Below, piece after piece: positions 28,583 through 40,006 of a DNA stretch of 42,954 nucleotides. The notes below the pieces were generated by a model that was given only the letters and a program-made list of their open reading frames with translations, was not told where the DNA came from and did no database searches. A program made the translations under genes and the position numbers. The stretch is from an uncultured archaeon (GTDB lineage: Archaea; Asgardarchaeota; Lokiarchaeia; Sigyniarchaeales; SOKP01), in assembly GCA_964388035.1 (NCBI GenBank), contig CAYLZE010000037.1, positions 1-42,954 of the forward strand, given 5' to 3'. Every line of letters starts with the position of its first letter. Within the stretch, counting starts at the first letter, position 1.

Positions 28583-30211
28583 TTGAGTAATATTTATATT
28601 AAAAACGGAATAGTGATGGATGGAACGGGGCAAAAGGCCTATAAAGCGGATATTCTCATAAAAGATGATAAAATTGCGGAAATTGGAATGATTAAAGAAC
28701 ATTCCAATTCTCAAATAATCAATGCTACGGGATTAGTTGCATGTCCCGGATTTATTGACGTGCATTCTCATTTGGACTTTCTCATGCCTTCCCCACGCCA
28801 TGCTAAAGTTTTAGAAAGCTGGGCACGGCAAGGTGTTACTACGATCATTTCGGGTAATTGCGGTTATAGCCCAGCACCCATTAATCATGAAATTGAATCC
28901 GATTTAGAGAAATACTGGTATTTTGCATATCCTCGCGATGGTTTAAGGTTCAGTTGGAATACCATGGAAGAATTTTTTAGCTACTTGGAATCTAAAGGTA
29001 TTCAATTCAACTTGGGCATGCTAACAGGCCACAGTACATTAAGAGCTAATGCAATGGGATTTGAAACTCGTTTACCTAGCAAGAATGAAATGGAAGAAAT
29101 GAAAGAGATGTTAAAAGATTCTTTAAAAGCTGGATCACTCGGGTTATCATTAGGATTAGATTATGTTCCAGGAGCATTTTCTAATACCGAAGAGCTGGTA
29201 GAGCTAGCGTCTGTTTTAACTCCCTTTAATGCGCCCTTAGTTCCTCACACTAGAGGGTTTTTAGGGAAACTTTTCATTGAAGGCATTAGAGAAGTCATCG
29301 AAGTCGCTGAAAGGAATAAGATTCCCTTACATTTATCTCATCATGCGGGAGGGGGCATCAGCAGGGCAAGAAAAGTGGTGCTAAAGGAAATAGGGGAAGC
29401 AATAAAACGAGGCTTAAAAATTAGCCATGATAATATTCCCTTTCCTAACTCTTCCACGACAGTTCTAAATTTATTTCCACCATGGGCATTTGAGGGGGGA
29501 ATGAATGCTTTTTTTAAGAGATTAACCGCCAAGGAAATAAAAGATAAAATTAAGCAAGAAATGTATACATTTAAACCCAAATGGCCTCCATGGAAAAACC
29601 AATGGTGGACAAGTCGAGGATATAATGAGCATATCTTTTTATTCGGTTTTAAGCAAGAAAAAAATAAAGCTTTTAATAACTTGGAGTTGATTAAAATCGC
29701 CGAGATATTAAAACAAGAACCTCTTGAAGCTCTCATTGACCTAGTTCTAAGCGAGGATGGAAAGGTTTTTTATATAAGTGGACAGTTTGATAATCCCTTA
29801 GCGGAGGATTTTGTTGAACAACTCTTATTAGATCCTCTTTGCTCTGTAGGTACTGATATAGTGGGGGCTGATTTTAACACGATCTCACCTGCGGCATGCG
29901 GTGCTTTTACAAAAGTTCTGGGAAATCTTGCCCGAGAAAAGGCAATTTTCTCCGTGGAAGAAGCGGTACGTAAAATGACTTCACTACCAGCATCTCAGAT
30001 GCAACTCGAAAAAAGAGGCATGATAAAAAAAGAGTTTTATGCGGATATTGCCATTTTTGATCCCAAAAAAGTGCGCTGTAATGCCTCTTATACCACTCCT
30101 GGAATTTCATCCAGCGGAATTGCACACGTGCTTGTTAATGGGAAAATTATCCTTGAAAATGGCAATTATAATGAAGAAGTATTAGCAGGAAGAGTATTAA
30201 GGAAGATCTAA
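28583..30211 (+). CDS. N-acyl-D-amino-acid deacylase family amidohydrolase
   Basis: ACPGFIDVHSH, QGVTTIISGNCG, HTR, HLSH, EEAVRKMTSLPA, ADIAIFDP, VLVNG, GRVLR. Probable start TTG 28583. Confidence 0.9.
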   Translation: MSNIYIKNGIVMDGTGQKAYKADILIKDDKIAEIGMIKEHSNSQIINATGLVACPGFIDVHSHLDFLMPSPRHAKVLESWARQGVTTIISGNCGYSPAPINHEIESDLEKYWYFAYPRDGLRFSWNTMEEFFSYLESKGIQFNLGMLTGHSTLRANAMGFETRLPSKNEMEEMKEMLKDSLKAGSLGLSLGLDYVPGAFSNTEELVELASVLTPFNAPLVPHTRGFLGKLFIEGIREVIEVAERNKIPLHLSHHAGGGISRARKVVLKEIGEAIKRGLKISHDNIPFPNSSTTVLNLFPPWAFEGGMNAFFKRLTAKEIKDKIKQEMYTFKPKWPPWKNQWWTSRGYNEHIFLFGFKQEKNKAFNNLELIKIAEILKQEPLEALIDLVLSEDGKVFYISGQFDNPLAEDFVEQLLLDPLCSVGTDIVGADFNTISPAACGAFTKVLGNLAREKAIFSVEEAVRKMTSLPASQMQLEKRGMIKKEFYADIAIFDPKKVRCNASYTTPGISSSGIAHVLVNGKIILENGNYNEEVLAGRVLRKI

Positions 30212-30459
30212 GGTTTGATTTAAAGTGAAGTAGGTAAACATTCATTACTTCTGCTTTCAATTGCGTTTTCCCTCTTTAATCTTAATTTTTCCCTCTTTCC
30301 TTTATTTTAAAGTATTTAATCAAAATTTTTCGAAGAACAATGTGAGGTTATATACAATTTCAGAATAATATTGAAAAATCAGTTTTCTTTAATTGTCCAT
30401 TAATTTAAAAAATAAGAAGGAGAATGTATTTATATAGTTAATACACTTATCATGAAATC

Positions 30460-32589
30460 ATGAGTAACTACGATAAAAAATCCGATGAGGAGGATGTGTT
30501 TGTTTTCGAATTCTTTGATAAAGATTATGATGGTTCTATCGAAACGAATAAATCTTCCACAATAGCACATTACAATGAGGTCAAATTTGAAGAAGATCTC
30601 AATGAGGAACAATTAGCTATCGTTAATAATATTAAGGGTCCAATGTTAGTTATTGCAGGGGCCGGCTCAGGCAAAACACGAACGATAACATATGCCGTGG
30701 CAAAATTATTGGTCTCTAAGGTGAATCCCTCGGAAATCATGCTCGTTACCTTTACAAATAAAGCGGCTAATGAAATGATCAAGCGCGTCGAAAATCTGTT
30801 GGGAGCACGTCCTAAAGGAATATGGGCGGGTACCTTTCATGCTCTTGCGAATAGGTTTTTAAGAATCTATTCTAAAAAAATCGGAATTAAACCCAACTAT
30901 ATCATCATGGATGAAACTGACGCCGTCGCTTTGATGAAGTTATCAATAAGTCAAGCTAATGTACAAGAGGTGGAAGAAAGATTTCCAACTTCAAAAATCG
31001 CAAAGAATATCCTTTCCTATTCCATAAATTGCAATAAATCCATAAAAGATGTCATCCTATGGAAATACCAGAATTTTGACAATCCGAAAATTATTACTAA
31101 GCTGAATGAAGTTTTTAAAGTTTATAAAGCAAAAAAAGCAGAGGCGGGATTACTCGACTTTGATGATTTATTAGTATTCTGGGATCAGCTATTATCGGAA
31201 AAATCTGTAGCTCAATCCATCGCTCGGAAAATAAGATATGTCCTGGTGGATGAATATCAGGATACCAATTATATTCAAGATGAAATTATACAAAAGATCG
31301 TAATGCAAAATCCTGAACATAATATCATGGTGGTGGGAGATGATGCTCAGAGCATTTATGCATTTCGCGGCGCCGATTTTCATAATATATTGAACTTTTC
31401 TAAAAGATATCAAAATTCTAAGACTTATTATATCACCTATAATTATCGTAGTGTACCAGAGATTTTGGATTTGGCAAACGAATCCATTAAGAATAACCAG
31501 AAACAATTCAAGAAAAGTATGCGTCCTACCAGACATGATGGAATAAAACCATATCATGTTCAGGTAGGCGATGATGACGATCAAGCGCGATTCATTTCAA
31601 ATCAAATTCTCCAGTTACGTTCCCAAGGTTATAAATTAGACGCCATGGCAATCCTATGTAGAGCAGGATTTCATACAATGAAAATTGAAATGGAATTAAG
31701 GGCAAAGAACATTCCTTTTGAAGTTAGAGCGGGTGTCGCATTTTTTGAACGGGCTCATATAAAAGACGTTCTGGTCCATCTGAGGGTCGTGGAAAATCCA
31801 GATGATGAGTTATCTTGGCATAGAATCTTTTCAATGATTTCCTCCATTGGGAATGCTTCTGCTACTAAAATTTATGCTGCAATGATAAACGAAGAGAATC
31901 CCATCCAAGCTCTACTTTCTGACGATTTCTATGGGCAAAGATTAAAAGGAGAGCGTATTTCCAAAAAAGGCATTAAAAACCTCATGAATCACGTGAAAAG
32001 AATGGAATATTTTAAAGCACAAGATAATCCTGGTGATTTGATAGTAAAAATCACGGATATTATTCAATCCTATATTCAATCTCATTATGATAATTGGCAA
32101 GATCGCATGGATGATCTGAAACAACTCGCAATCTATGCACAAAACTACGATTCAGTGAGAAGATTCTTAGAAGTACTGAGTTTAAATCGATCAAACATCG
32201 AATCCAAGAAGTGCCTATTAGGAGATCTTAAGGAAGAAGAAAGGCCCTTGATAATCTCAACTATTCACCGAGCCAAAGGTTTAGAATGGAAAATTGTATT
32301 TATTCCCATGCTCTCTGATGGTTATTTTCCCTCCTCGCGCGTCTTTGGAGACACGGAAGCATTTGAAGAGGAGCGAAGAGTGTTTTATGTTGCCGTTACC
32401 AGAGCAAAAGAGCAATTATACTTGCTTTCTCCTTCCATTATTCGAGGTTTTCGAGGATATGATATTCAAAGTACGTCTCAGTTTATATCCGAATTAGACT
32501 CTAAAGTGTATCAAAAAGCTACCGCCAAATTTGATGTTCAAGAAAAGAAAAAAGATGTTGGATTTAAATCCGCGGCGGATTTATTATAA
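30460..32589 (+). CDS. ATP-dependent DNA helicase, UvrD/PcrA/Rep family
   Basis: AGAGSGKT, TFTNKAA, GTFH, VDEYQDTN, VGDDAQSIYAFRGA, NYRS, STIHRAKGLEW, EERRVFYVAVTRAK. Confidence 0.96.
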   Translation: MSNYDKKSDEEDVFVFEFFDKDYDGSIETNKSSTIAHYNEVKFEEDLNEEQLAIVNNIKGPMLVIAGAGSGKTRTITYAVAKLLVSKVNPSEIMLVTFTNKAANEMIKRVENLLGARPKGIWAGTFHALANRFLRIYSKKIGIKPNYIIMDETDAVALMKLSISQANVQEVEERFPTSKIAKNILSYSINCNKSIKDVILWKYQNFDNPKIITKLNEVFKVYKAKKAEAGLLDFDDLLVFWDQLLSEKSVAQSIARKIRYVLVDEYQDTNYIQDEIIQKIVMQNPEHNIMVVGDDAQSIYAFRGADFHNILNFSKRYQNSKTYYITYNYRSVPEILDLANESIKNNQKQFKKSMRPTRHDGIKPYHVQVGDDDDQARFISNQILQLRSQGYKLDAMAILCRAGFHTMKIEMELRAKNIPFEVRAGVAFFERAHIKDVLVHLRVVENPDDELSWHRIFSMISSIGNASATKIYAAMINEENPIQALLSDDFYGQRLKGERISKKGIKNLMNHVKRMEYFKAQDNPGDLIVKITDIIQSYIQSHYDNWQDRMDDLKQLAIYAQNYDSVRRFLEVLSLNRSNIESKKCLLGDLKEEERPLIISTIHRAKGLEWKIVFIPMLSDGYFPSSRVFGDTEAFEEERRVFYVAVTRAKEQLYLLSPSIIRGFRGYDIQSTSQFISELDSKVYQKATAKFDVQEKKKDVGFKSAADLL

Positions 32590-32773
32590 GGTTCCATTTT
32601 AATATATTTCATTTTAATGATCTTCTCATTGATAATCATCCCCGTAATAGAAATTTGATGAATTTTTTCATCAATTTTTGCTAATAATAATAAGTGCCAT
32701 TAAAAAAAGTATTTAAATTACAGAACTTAACTTTACTCTTAATCATAAGAATTTTAAAAATGATGAATCGTTA

Positions 32774-33928
32774 ATGGTTTTGTCCAAGCATGAGCGTGTT
32801 ATTCGTACTTTGGGGCTCGAAGGGGAGCCCGATGTAATTCCCATCCATAACTTGGGTTTTGAGCCAACGGGTACAGCCTGTCAAGAATTTCTCAAATCTA
32901 AAGAAAACAAGGAATTGAACACCAAGGTAATAAATTCTGTTTCGAAAAGGACGCTCGATATAACTGAGCAGAGATTTTGGAACGCTGATCTACACATTAC
33001 GAATCCCTTTAACATGATAAATACAAATTTGAAAAGGGCTCCACCAGAATATCCTGAATGTGCTATTGATACGATGAGTGGCCGGTTATATAAGCTTGCC
33101 AAACAAGTAGAAACAAATTTGACCTATTATTGGTATGTCGGTGGATATTGTAAAACCCCTGAAATTTTGTATTCTTATTGGAATAAATATGGAAAACCAT
33201 CAGAAATTATTAATAAAAAAGCTAAAATTTCAAAACAAAATTGGGATGCTCACGTGAATTCTGTATCCAAGTATTTTTATCCAATGCCCGAATTACCAAT
33301 TTCAATGCATGATTTCCTCTATCAAGGCATCACTCTCAATAAAGTGGCATATTACATGCGAAAAAAACCTCAATTCATTCATGAAGTAATGAAAGAATTT
33401 ACAGATACTAATTTAGCCGTTATAAAACAATATGCAGAAATAGGGGTAGACGTTGTGTTCTATGCTGATGATTTAGGTTATAAGGGAAAATCCATCTTTT
33501 CACTCAAGGATCTCCGGGAATTTGTTCTTCCTTATTACAAACAAATGTACCACGCTTGTAGAAAAAATGGAATAATCATAGTTCAACATTCTTGTGGTTA
33601 TGTTGATAAGATTCTCCCTGATTTGGTGGATTTGGGACTTAATGCCATTCAAGCGTTAGAACCTGCGGCGGGTGTTGATCTAGCCCATTTAAAGGAAATA
33701 TTGGGCGATCAAATTTGTTTTATGGGCGGAATGGACGCATCTAGGGTGCTCAATTTCGGAACAGCGAAAGAAATCCAGGATGAAGTGAAGAGATGCATTA
33801 AAGCTGCTGCTAAAGGAGGGGGATATTTCGCTGGACCAAGCCACAATATTTTGAACGTGCCATGGGAAAATGTGTTAGCATTTCGGGCTGCTATTGAAAA
33901 ATATAGAAATTATCCCGTTCATTTTTAA
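32774..33928 (+). CDS. Uroporphyrinogen decarboxylase / MtaA-like methyltransferase family protein
   Basis: YADDLG, HSCG, LEPAAGVDL, MGGMD, GT..EI..EV, SHNI...PWEN. Confidence 0.85.
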   Translation: MVLSKHERVIRTLGLEGEPDVIPIHNLGFEPTGTACQEFLKSKENKELNTKVINSVSKRTLDITEQRFWNADLHITNPFNMINTNLKRAPPEYPECAIDTMSGRLYKLAKQVETNLTYYWYVGGYCKTPEILYSYWNKYGKPSEIINKKAKISKQNWDAHVNSVSKYFYPMPELPISMHDFLYQGITLNKVAYYMRKKPQFIHEVMKEFTDTNLAVIKQYAEIGVDVVFYADDLGYKGKSIFSLKDLREFVLPYYKQMYHACRKNGIIIVQHSCGYVDKILPDLVDLGLNAIQALEPAAGVDLAHLKEILGDQICFMGGMDASRVLNFGTAKEIQDEVKRCIKAAAKGGGYFAGPSHNILNVPWENVLAFRAAIEKYRNYPVHF

Positions 33929-34000
33929 TTTTTTTTTCTTGAAATTAATCAGTCCACCCTTTCGGCATGTTTTAAAGTAGCAATGAATTTTCTATTTTTG

Positions 34001-36484
34001 TTAAACCATTTGAATTTTCATGGAATATTTATCTTTAAATTGCATATTGAGTTGCCATATATTTTCCTTCTTGTGTATCAAGATAAAATTATCTTCATGG
34101 CTCGAGATAGAGATATTATCAGGCAATTTAAGATAAAGATATCCTTGTCTCTTTCCAGGCAAGTTCAAACTAATATCTAATACCTTCTGATTTTCATCAT
34201 ATTGATATCGTTTAATCTCATAACAGCCTTGAGATATGTGCAGATTGGAAGAAAGGAAGATGGGAGTTTTCTTTATTACTTCATTAACAGGGATGATAGC
34301 TAAATACTTACACGAGTGTGGTTTGACATTTTGGAATATGATTTGCTCTTCCCTCTTAAATTCACCTTTAAACATTCCCTCCCAAAAATCAAAAATGTAA
34401 TAGCTTTGTTCGGTATTTGGCATCAATGGCAATGAATCTAAAGGTTTAAAGGCAATATTTTTCACTTCATCTTCCCAATTAATAATGCAGACCAAATATC
34501 TCTTCCCTATGGGCTCATTCGTTTCTAAAGCATAAATACTTGGTAATCTTGAATATAAAATGTCAACGGGAAGAGCGTTATGATGAGGAGAATTATAAGG
34601 TGGAATCATCAATTGAAGATCGGAGATTTCCTCTTCTGATAGGATTGACATATCATCTGAAACCAGTAATAGTCCTCCTGAAAGGCCAAAAATAGTCATT
34701 TGAAGCCGAATCTCATCAAGATTCAAATCGGTATTGGTTCTTCTGATCATTAAACAATCGGTATCATTAATCCAGAATCGATTATGCATGAAGGAGCGAA
34801 ATAATACATTTATCATCCCTGATTTCAAGCATTGCTCCGGAAAATCTTCCATTGCATCCACTTTTGGAGTACTCCAACTTGGCCCTGTATCTTGGCCAAT
34901 TCGCATTGCATCTACTAATCCCACGCAAGGACCTAAAGGAGCTCCGCATCCTAAGAGAAATACATTTTTTGAAAGTGTTTCTCTTATGATTTTTATACCA
35001 TTATGGAATGCTTGAGCGCGAGTTAATATTCTATTAGAATAATTTGAGTTTATTGGACAAGGAGCATATAAAAAATCGATTTTCGCGAAATCTAGCAAGG
35101 GAGGAACGTTTTCAGAAGGGTTGCGCTCGTAAAGATATAATTGATCTTCATAAAAACTTGTTAAATAATCCAAAACCTCTTTTCTCGTTATATCAAATCC
35201 AAATTCGTGAGCGCCCCAATTATACAACACTCTTATGAGCTTATCGTTCTTTTTATCAGTTAGAAACCAATCTCTGTGGTTTTTAAATAGTTGTGCTCTT
35301 CGCTCGGCTATGAATGGAGCCGACCAGATTCCGGTCTTGACCCCCGATTTACGCATCTCTTCAAACAACCACCTTAAACCCCTCGGAAATTTGGAATTAA
35401 TGGTGTTATAATCTCCAATTTGGGTGAAATATCCATCATCCAATTGAAAGAAATCGATTGGAAGGAGATCTGCATGATTTTTAAAAAACTCCAAGTTCTT
35501 GACCATTTCCGCTTCAGAAATGTTAGTATAGTAATAATACCAGCTGCACCAACCCACAGGTACCCTTGGAAGAGCGATTTTATTTCTCGATTTAACAACA
35601 TCTGCATATTCTTGTAATCCATAATATCCCGCGCCATTGGTTTTAAAACAAATAAAAAGTTCTTCAGAAGAGTTGATCGTACTTTCCGTAAAAGTGACTC
35701 CATCCATGCATCCAAATGCCGTTAAGAGGGTCATAGTATTATAATTTTCATAATCCAACATGATTCGGGAAAATTGGTCCTTGAGGGTAGTAAATCCTAT
35801 TACCAGAGAATTCATTGACTCTAAATCGGTAATTATAGTGCAGTATTCACTGTAAAATCTTCCCTTAATTTTATAATCTTGATTATCTAATAGTAAGAAA
35901 AATAAATCTATTGTCGAGCCCATGCTATCTCTTTCATTCCCGAATAACATTTTACAATTACTCCAGCTCTGCCAGCCGTGTTTGAACCATGATATTTTGT
36001 CTAACTTGCTTGGAGTGCTGCTTTTTGCCATATACAATTCATCCTCTTTTATCGTAAGAGGTGAGATGCTATGGATTTTTAGAGGCACGCTTGAATTATC
36101 AATGATGTCTGTCAATTGAACCAGAATAAACTCCTTTTTTTCATACATGCGAAACCGGATAGAGAAGCTAAGATCCATCTTCGAATCTTCATTAACTGAA
36201 AGATCTATTAGTATATTCTTTCCAATATCATCTTGATTAGTTTCAACACGACTGGTATAAGAGTACTTTTTGGAGCTTACCTCAATCAATTCCTCCGATT
36301 CCCCTGAAAAGCAAGTTATTTGAAGATAACAATTTTCTAATTTACATGTACTCACATTCGGGTCTTTCTTATTACTTGAGAATTGATAGGTACCTTTCTT
36401 CGACCCCCGTTTAAACACGGCTAATGAAATGAAATCATTTGAAATTACTACATGGTCCGAATCATCTTTTACTATCTTTAACAT
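34001..36484 (-). CDS. Alpha-galactosidase, glycoside hydrolase family 36
   Basis: GWQSWS, GWCSWY, QLDDGY, KFPRG, W.APF, KIDF (nucleophile), LGCGAP, MRIGQD (acid/base), NDTDC. Confidence 0.92.
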   Translation of the reverse strand: MLKIVKDDSDHVVISNDFISLAVFKRGSKKGTYQFSSNKKDPNVSTCKLENCYLQITCFSGESEELIEVSSKKYSYTSRVETNQDDIGKNILIDLSVNEDSKMDLSFSIRFRMYEKKEFILVQLTDIIDNSSVPLKIHSISPLTIKEDELYMAKSSTPSKLDKISWFKHGWQSWSNCKMLFGNERDSMGSTIDLFFLLLDNQDYKIKGRFYSEYCTIITDLESMNSLVIGFTTLKDQFSRIMLDYENYNTMTLLTAFGCMDGVTFTESTINSSEELFICFKTNGAGYYGLQEYADVVKSRNKIALPRVPVGWCSWYYYYTNISEAEMVKNLEFFKNHADLLPIDFFQLDDGYFTQIGDYNTINSKFPRGLRWLFEEMRKSGVKTGIWSAPFIAERRAQLFKNHRDWFLTDKKNDKLIRVLYNWGAHEFGFDITRKEVLDYLTSFYEDQLYLYERNPSENVPPLLDFAKIDFLYAPCPINSNYSNRILTRAQAFHNGIKIIRETLSKNVFLLGCGAPLGPCVGLVDAMRIGQDTGPSWSTPKVDAMEDFPEQCLKSGMINVLFRSFMHNRFWINDTDCLMIRRTNTDLNLDEIRLQMTIFGLSGGLLLVSDDMSILSEEEISDLQLMIPPYNSPHHNALPVDILYSRLPSIYALETNEPIGKRYLVCIINWEDEVKNIAFKPLDSLPLMPNTEQSYYIFDFWEGMFKGEFKREEQIIFQNVKPHSCKYLAIIPVNEVIKKTPIFLSSNLHISQGCYEIKRYQYDENQKVLDISLNLPGKRQGYLYLKLPDNISISSHEDNFILIHKKENIWQLNMQFKDKYSMKIQMV

Positions 36485-36621
36485 GATAAATTGCTCATTT
36501 TAAAATTCTAAGCTAATTATTTCTTATTACATTTATAAAATTAATTATGGGATTAATAAAGAGAGTGATTATGGAGTATTTATCATTAAATTAAAATTTA
36601 TTTCTGGCAATAAGTACAAAG

Positions 36622-36637
36622 TGTAACTAAGGTTACA
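36622..36637. promoter_or_regulatory. Palindrome TGTAAC-N4-GTTACA, possible operator upstream of GH36 or a terminator hairpin of thrC
   Basis: Perfect 6-bp inverted repeat in the thrC-GH36 intergenic region. Confidence 0.3.
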
Positions 36638-36675
36638 TGACTATCATCACACCTTCTCCAAAGTAAGGGAAAAAA

Positions 36676-37953
36676 TCACTTTTTTAACAGTTCTCCGAAA
36701 AGCGACTTCCAATCAAAATCAGGATTGGCAACTCGAGTTTCCTCCAGAAGTGGTTGATATGATTGGATATCTTTAAATCCCGAACCTGTTATTAAACATG
36801 CTATCCACTCATCGCTTTTAATAACACGGTTTTCTAATAATTTGGAAAGAGCTGCTATAGTCGTACAGCTTGAAGGCTCTGCCCAAATGCCTTCCAAAGT
36901 GCTTAATTTTCGACAAGCTATTAATGTTTCATGATCTGAAACTGAAATAGCATCTCCCTGGGACTCTTTAATTGCTGGAATTCCTGTATAACAATCTAAT
37001 GGAATGTCGTCAGCTAGAGCTGTCGAGATCGTCTTTATTTCTTTCCAAGGATGGTTAAATAAATACCCTGGGGTTAAATTCTCCTTAATAGCTTTAACAA
37101 AAGGAGCACATCCTTCTGGTTGAACTGCAAATAGTTTAGGAATTAAGTTTATGAATCCTAAATCCATCAATTCTTTAAATCCTTCATAAACGCCGCTTAA
37201 CAATCCCGATCCTCCCACGGGAATTATGATACCATCGGGAATACAATTATTAGCACGCATGCTTTGAATTGCAATTTCATACGCGATTGTTTTAGCCCCG
37301 TTGTTAATAAAAGGATTAAAATTTCCCGCAGTTATCAAATTCGCCATGTTAAATTCTTTACTTGCCTCATTAACAATGTTAGATATGAATTTAGTGGAGT
37401 CGGAATTGATTTTAATAACATTGCCCCCATAAGCTTTTATTTGGATAATCTTATTTTCTGGGGCTATAAACGGAATGAGAATGATGTTTGGAATTCCTGC
37501 ATTAGCAGAATATGCTGCCACGGAGGCACCGACGTTTCCAGAGCTCATCGTTATTACCGACTCTTTATGCATTTCCCGTGCTTTACTGATTCCCATGGAA
37601 ATTTGACGATCTTTAAATGAACTGGTGGGATTTAATAATTCTAATTTTAACATTAGATTTTTAATGTTGCACTCTCTTGCAAGTCTATCTGATTTGAGAA
37701 GAGGAGTATTGCCCTCTCCTAATGAAATAATATTCTTCCGTTCCTTAAGAGGTAAAAAATCAAAAAAATCCCACATGGAAGTTACCCTAGTTTGAAAAAA
37801 ATCATTTTTGGATTTTTTTTCCTTTAATCTTTCCCGATCCATGACAATTGAAAGAGGACTTTTGCAATCGGGGCATTCGATAATATCCTCAACCTCCTCA
37901 TTGATAATACGCTTACAATTGGTACATTTAAAATAATATTTTTGTTCTTTCAT
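36676..37953 (-). CDS. thrC: Threonine synthase (PLP-dependent, Zn-ribbon N-terminus)
   Basis: CTNC...CPDC, SLGEGNTPL, NPTSSFKDR (PLP lysine), SSGNVGAS, PVGGSG, EGIWAEPSS, TGSGFKD. Confidence 0.85.
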   Translation of the reverse strand: MKEQKYYFKCTNCKRIINEEVEDIIECPDCKSPLSIVMDRERLKEKKSKNDFFQTRVTSMWDFFDFLPLKERKNIISLGEGNTPLLKSDRLARECNIKNLMLKLELLNPTSSFKDRQISMGISKAREMHKESVITMSSGNVGASVAAYSANAGIPNIILIPFIAPENKIIQIKAYGGNVIKINSDSTKFISNIVNEASKEFNMANLITAGNFNPFINNGAKTIAYEIAIQSMRANNCIPDGIIIPVGGSGLLSGVYEGFKELMDLGFINLIPKLFAVQPEGCAPFVKAIKENLTPGYLFNHPWKEIKTISTALADDIPLDCYTGIPAIKESQGDAISVSDHETLIACRKLSTLEGIWAEPSSCTTIAALSKLLENRVIKSDEWIACLITGSGFKDIQSYQPLLEETRVANPDFDWKSLFGELLKK

Positions 37954-37984
37954 GTTTCATTACTTCATTTAAAAGCTCAATATA

Positions 37985-39634
37985 TTAAAATTCCAACCGT
38001 TTTAATACGGGATATCGACGTCCTATTCCAAAGGCGCTGGGACTAATTCTAATTGTTTGAACTAATTGACGTCTTTTATATTCCGAATTTAAGTATAATT
38101 TCCTCACTTTTAATATAGTATCTTTATCAATCCCTTTCTGCTTTAAATTATCGAACTCGTTTCCTATTCCGTGTTCGATAATCTCCTCCAAAACGGAATC
38201 TAACGTTTCATAAGGAGGAAGAGAATCGCTATCTTTCTGATTTTCTCTTAATTCAGCCGTGGGAGGGCGACTTATAATTCCTTTCGGAATTATTTCTTTG
38301 TCTTTATTTATGTAATTACAAATATCATAAATTTGAACTTTTAAGAGATCCCCAGGAATGTTTTTTCCTCCCGAGGTATCCCCATATAATGTACAATATC
38401 CCACTCCAATCTCGGACTTGTTTCCGGTTGAAACCAACAACCAGTTAAACTTATTCGAGTAATACATGAGAATTGTAGCACGAATTCTAGCTTGTAAATT
38501 CTCATCTGCTATATTGAACTTTAAGTTACCCAATACACTTGCAAGAGATGTTTCATAACCATCAAAAATTTCGCCGATAGGATGAATGATGTAATGAATT
38601 TTCAAATTTTCACAGAGTTGGCGAGCCAATGTGACGCTTTCGTCGGAAGTAAATCTCGTGGGCATCATCACGCAATTTACTTTCTCCTGTCCTAAGGCCC
38701 TGGCACAAATATATGCCGTGAAAGCGGAATCTACTCCCCCGCTCAGTCCTAAAACTACTCCATTAAAAACATTACTTTTCTGATAATAATCATGCAAATT
38801 TAATGATAAAGCTCTTAACACATCCTCTCTCCAATCTGAAGGAGGAATGTCTTGCGATGATGACATTTCGTTTTCAACATCTACATCTATCATTCTACTA
38901 TCTTCTTCGAATGCTTTTGCTTTATATACTAAATTTCCCTTTCGATTAACAATAAAACTCTGACCATCATAGACTATTTCATCAAGACCCCCCACCATGT
39001 TCACGTATATAATAGGGACCGAAAGTTCCTTAGCTTTTTTCGAGACTAATTCTTTCCTTATCTCGAATTTACCATAATGGAAGGGAGAAGCGTTAATCAC
39101 GGTTAATAATTCTGCACCATTATCCACTAAATTCTGTGCTACTTTAATTTCATAATTCTTATCCCAAATATCTTCGCAAATTAGAATTCCCACGTTTATT
39201 TCTTTAATTCTAACTGGCATGAACTTATCATCGAATGAGAAATATCTTCGCTCGTCAAAAATATCATAATTTGGTAATAGTCTCTTATTTTCAATATATA
39301 GAACTTTATTTCCTCTTATAACCATAGCAGAATTATAAAAAGGTTGAAAACTATTTCTGATTTCAGTTGGTTGCGTGAATGTACCTAAAATAATAACTGG
39401 CTTGCTGTTCAAGTTAATAATCTCTTGGATGGCCTTTTCATTTTGCTGTTGAATCAAGGGGTCATGAATGTGATCCATGAGGGGATATCCTACTAAACTC
39501 ATTTCGGGAAATATAATAAGATCAGCTTGCTGATTTTTTTTAATAACTTCCCCGATTTTTCTTGCATTCCCAGGTACATCTGCCACGATGGGATTTATTT
39601 GGCCCAAAACGACCTTCAATTTTTTATTACTCAT
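37985..39634 (-). CDS. nadE: Glutamine-dependent NAD+ synthetase
   Basis: Nitrilase domain (FPE, KRLLPNYDIFDE.RYF, ICEDIW) fused to a synthetase domain (GLSGGVDS, ENLQARIR, TGNKSE, GYCTLYGD, PTAEL). Confidence 0.96.
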   Translation of the reverse strand: MSNKKLKVVLGQINPIVADVPGNARKIGEVIKKNQQADLIIFPEMSLVGYPLMDHIHDPLIQQQNEKAIQEIINLNSKPVIILGTFTQPTEIRNSFQPFYNSAMVIRGNKVLYIENKRLLPNYDIFDERRYFSFDDKFMPVRIKEINVGILICEDIWDKNYEIKVAQNLVDNGAELLTVINASPFHYGKFEIRKELVSKKAKELSVPIIYVNMVGGLDEIVYDGQSFIVNRKGNLVYKAKAFEEDSRMIDVDVENEMSSSQDIPPSDWREDVLRALSLNLHDYYQKSNVFNGVVLGLSGGVDSAFTAYICARALGQEKVNCVMMPTRFTSDESVTLARQLCENLKIHYIIHPIGEIFDGYETSLASVLGNLKFNIADENLQARIRATILMYYSNKFNWLLVSTGNKSEIGVGYCTLYGDTSGGKNIPGDLLKVQIYDICNYINKDKEIIPKGIISRPPTAELRENQKDSDSLPPYETLDSVLEEIIEHGIGNEFDNLKQKGIDKDTILKVRKLYLNSEYKRRQLVQTIRISPSAFGIGRRYPVLKRLEF

Positions 39635-40006
39635 TTTGTTAACCTATAGAAATTTCTAAATACATGACGAACATCTATTCAGATGAAATATTTTTTTATT
39701 CAAGTAATGATTATTTTGATTTGCAAAATAATTTCACTTAATTTCCTATTAATAGTACAAGAAATAATACATGACAAAAGTCTGAAAAAAAGATAATTAA
39801 AAAAGAAAGATAAAAAGCTTATATAGAATTTCGAAAAAATCCTGCTCTCAAATTTAAAATATTTGATAAATATGAAAAAAAATACATTTAAAATTAGGTA
39901 CGAGTTCGATTGGTCCAGCAACGGTCATATCAACCTCATTAATGATGAAAAAAAAGAAATACTTGCTCGATTTTTCGGCATTTATTAAAAAAAATAAAGA
40001 CCTAAT

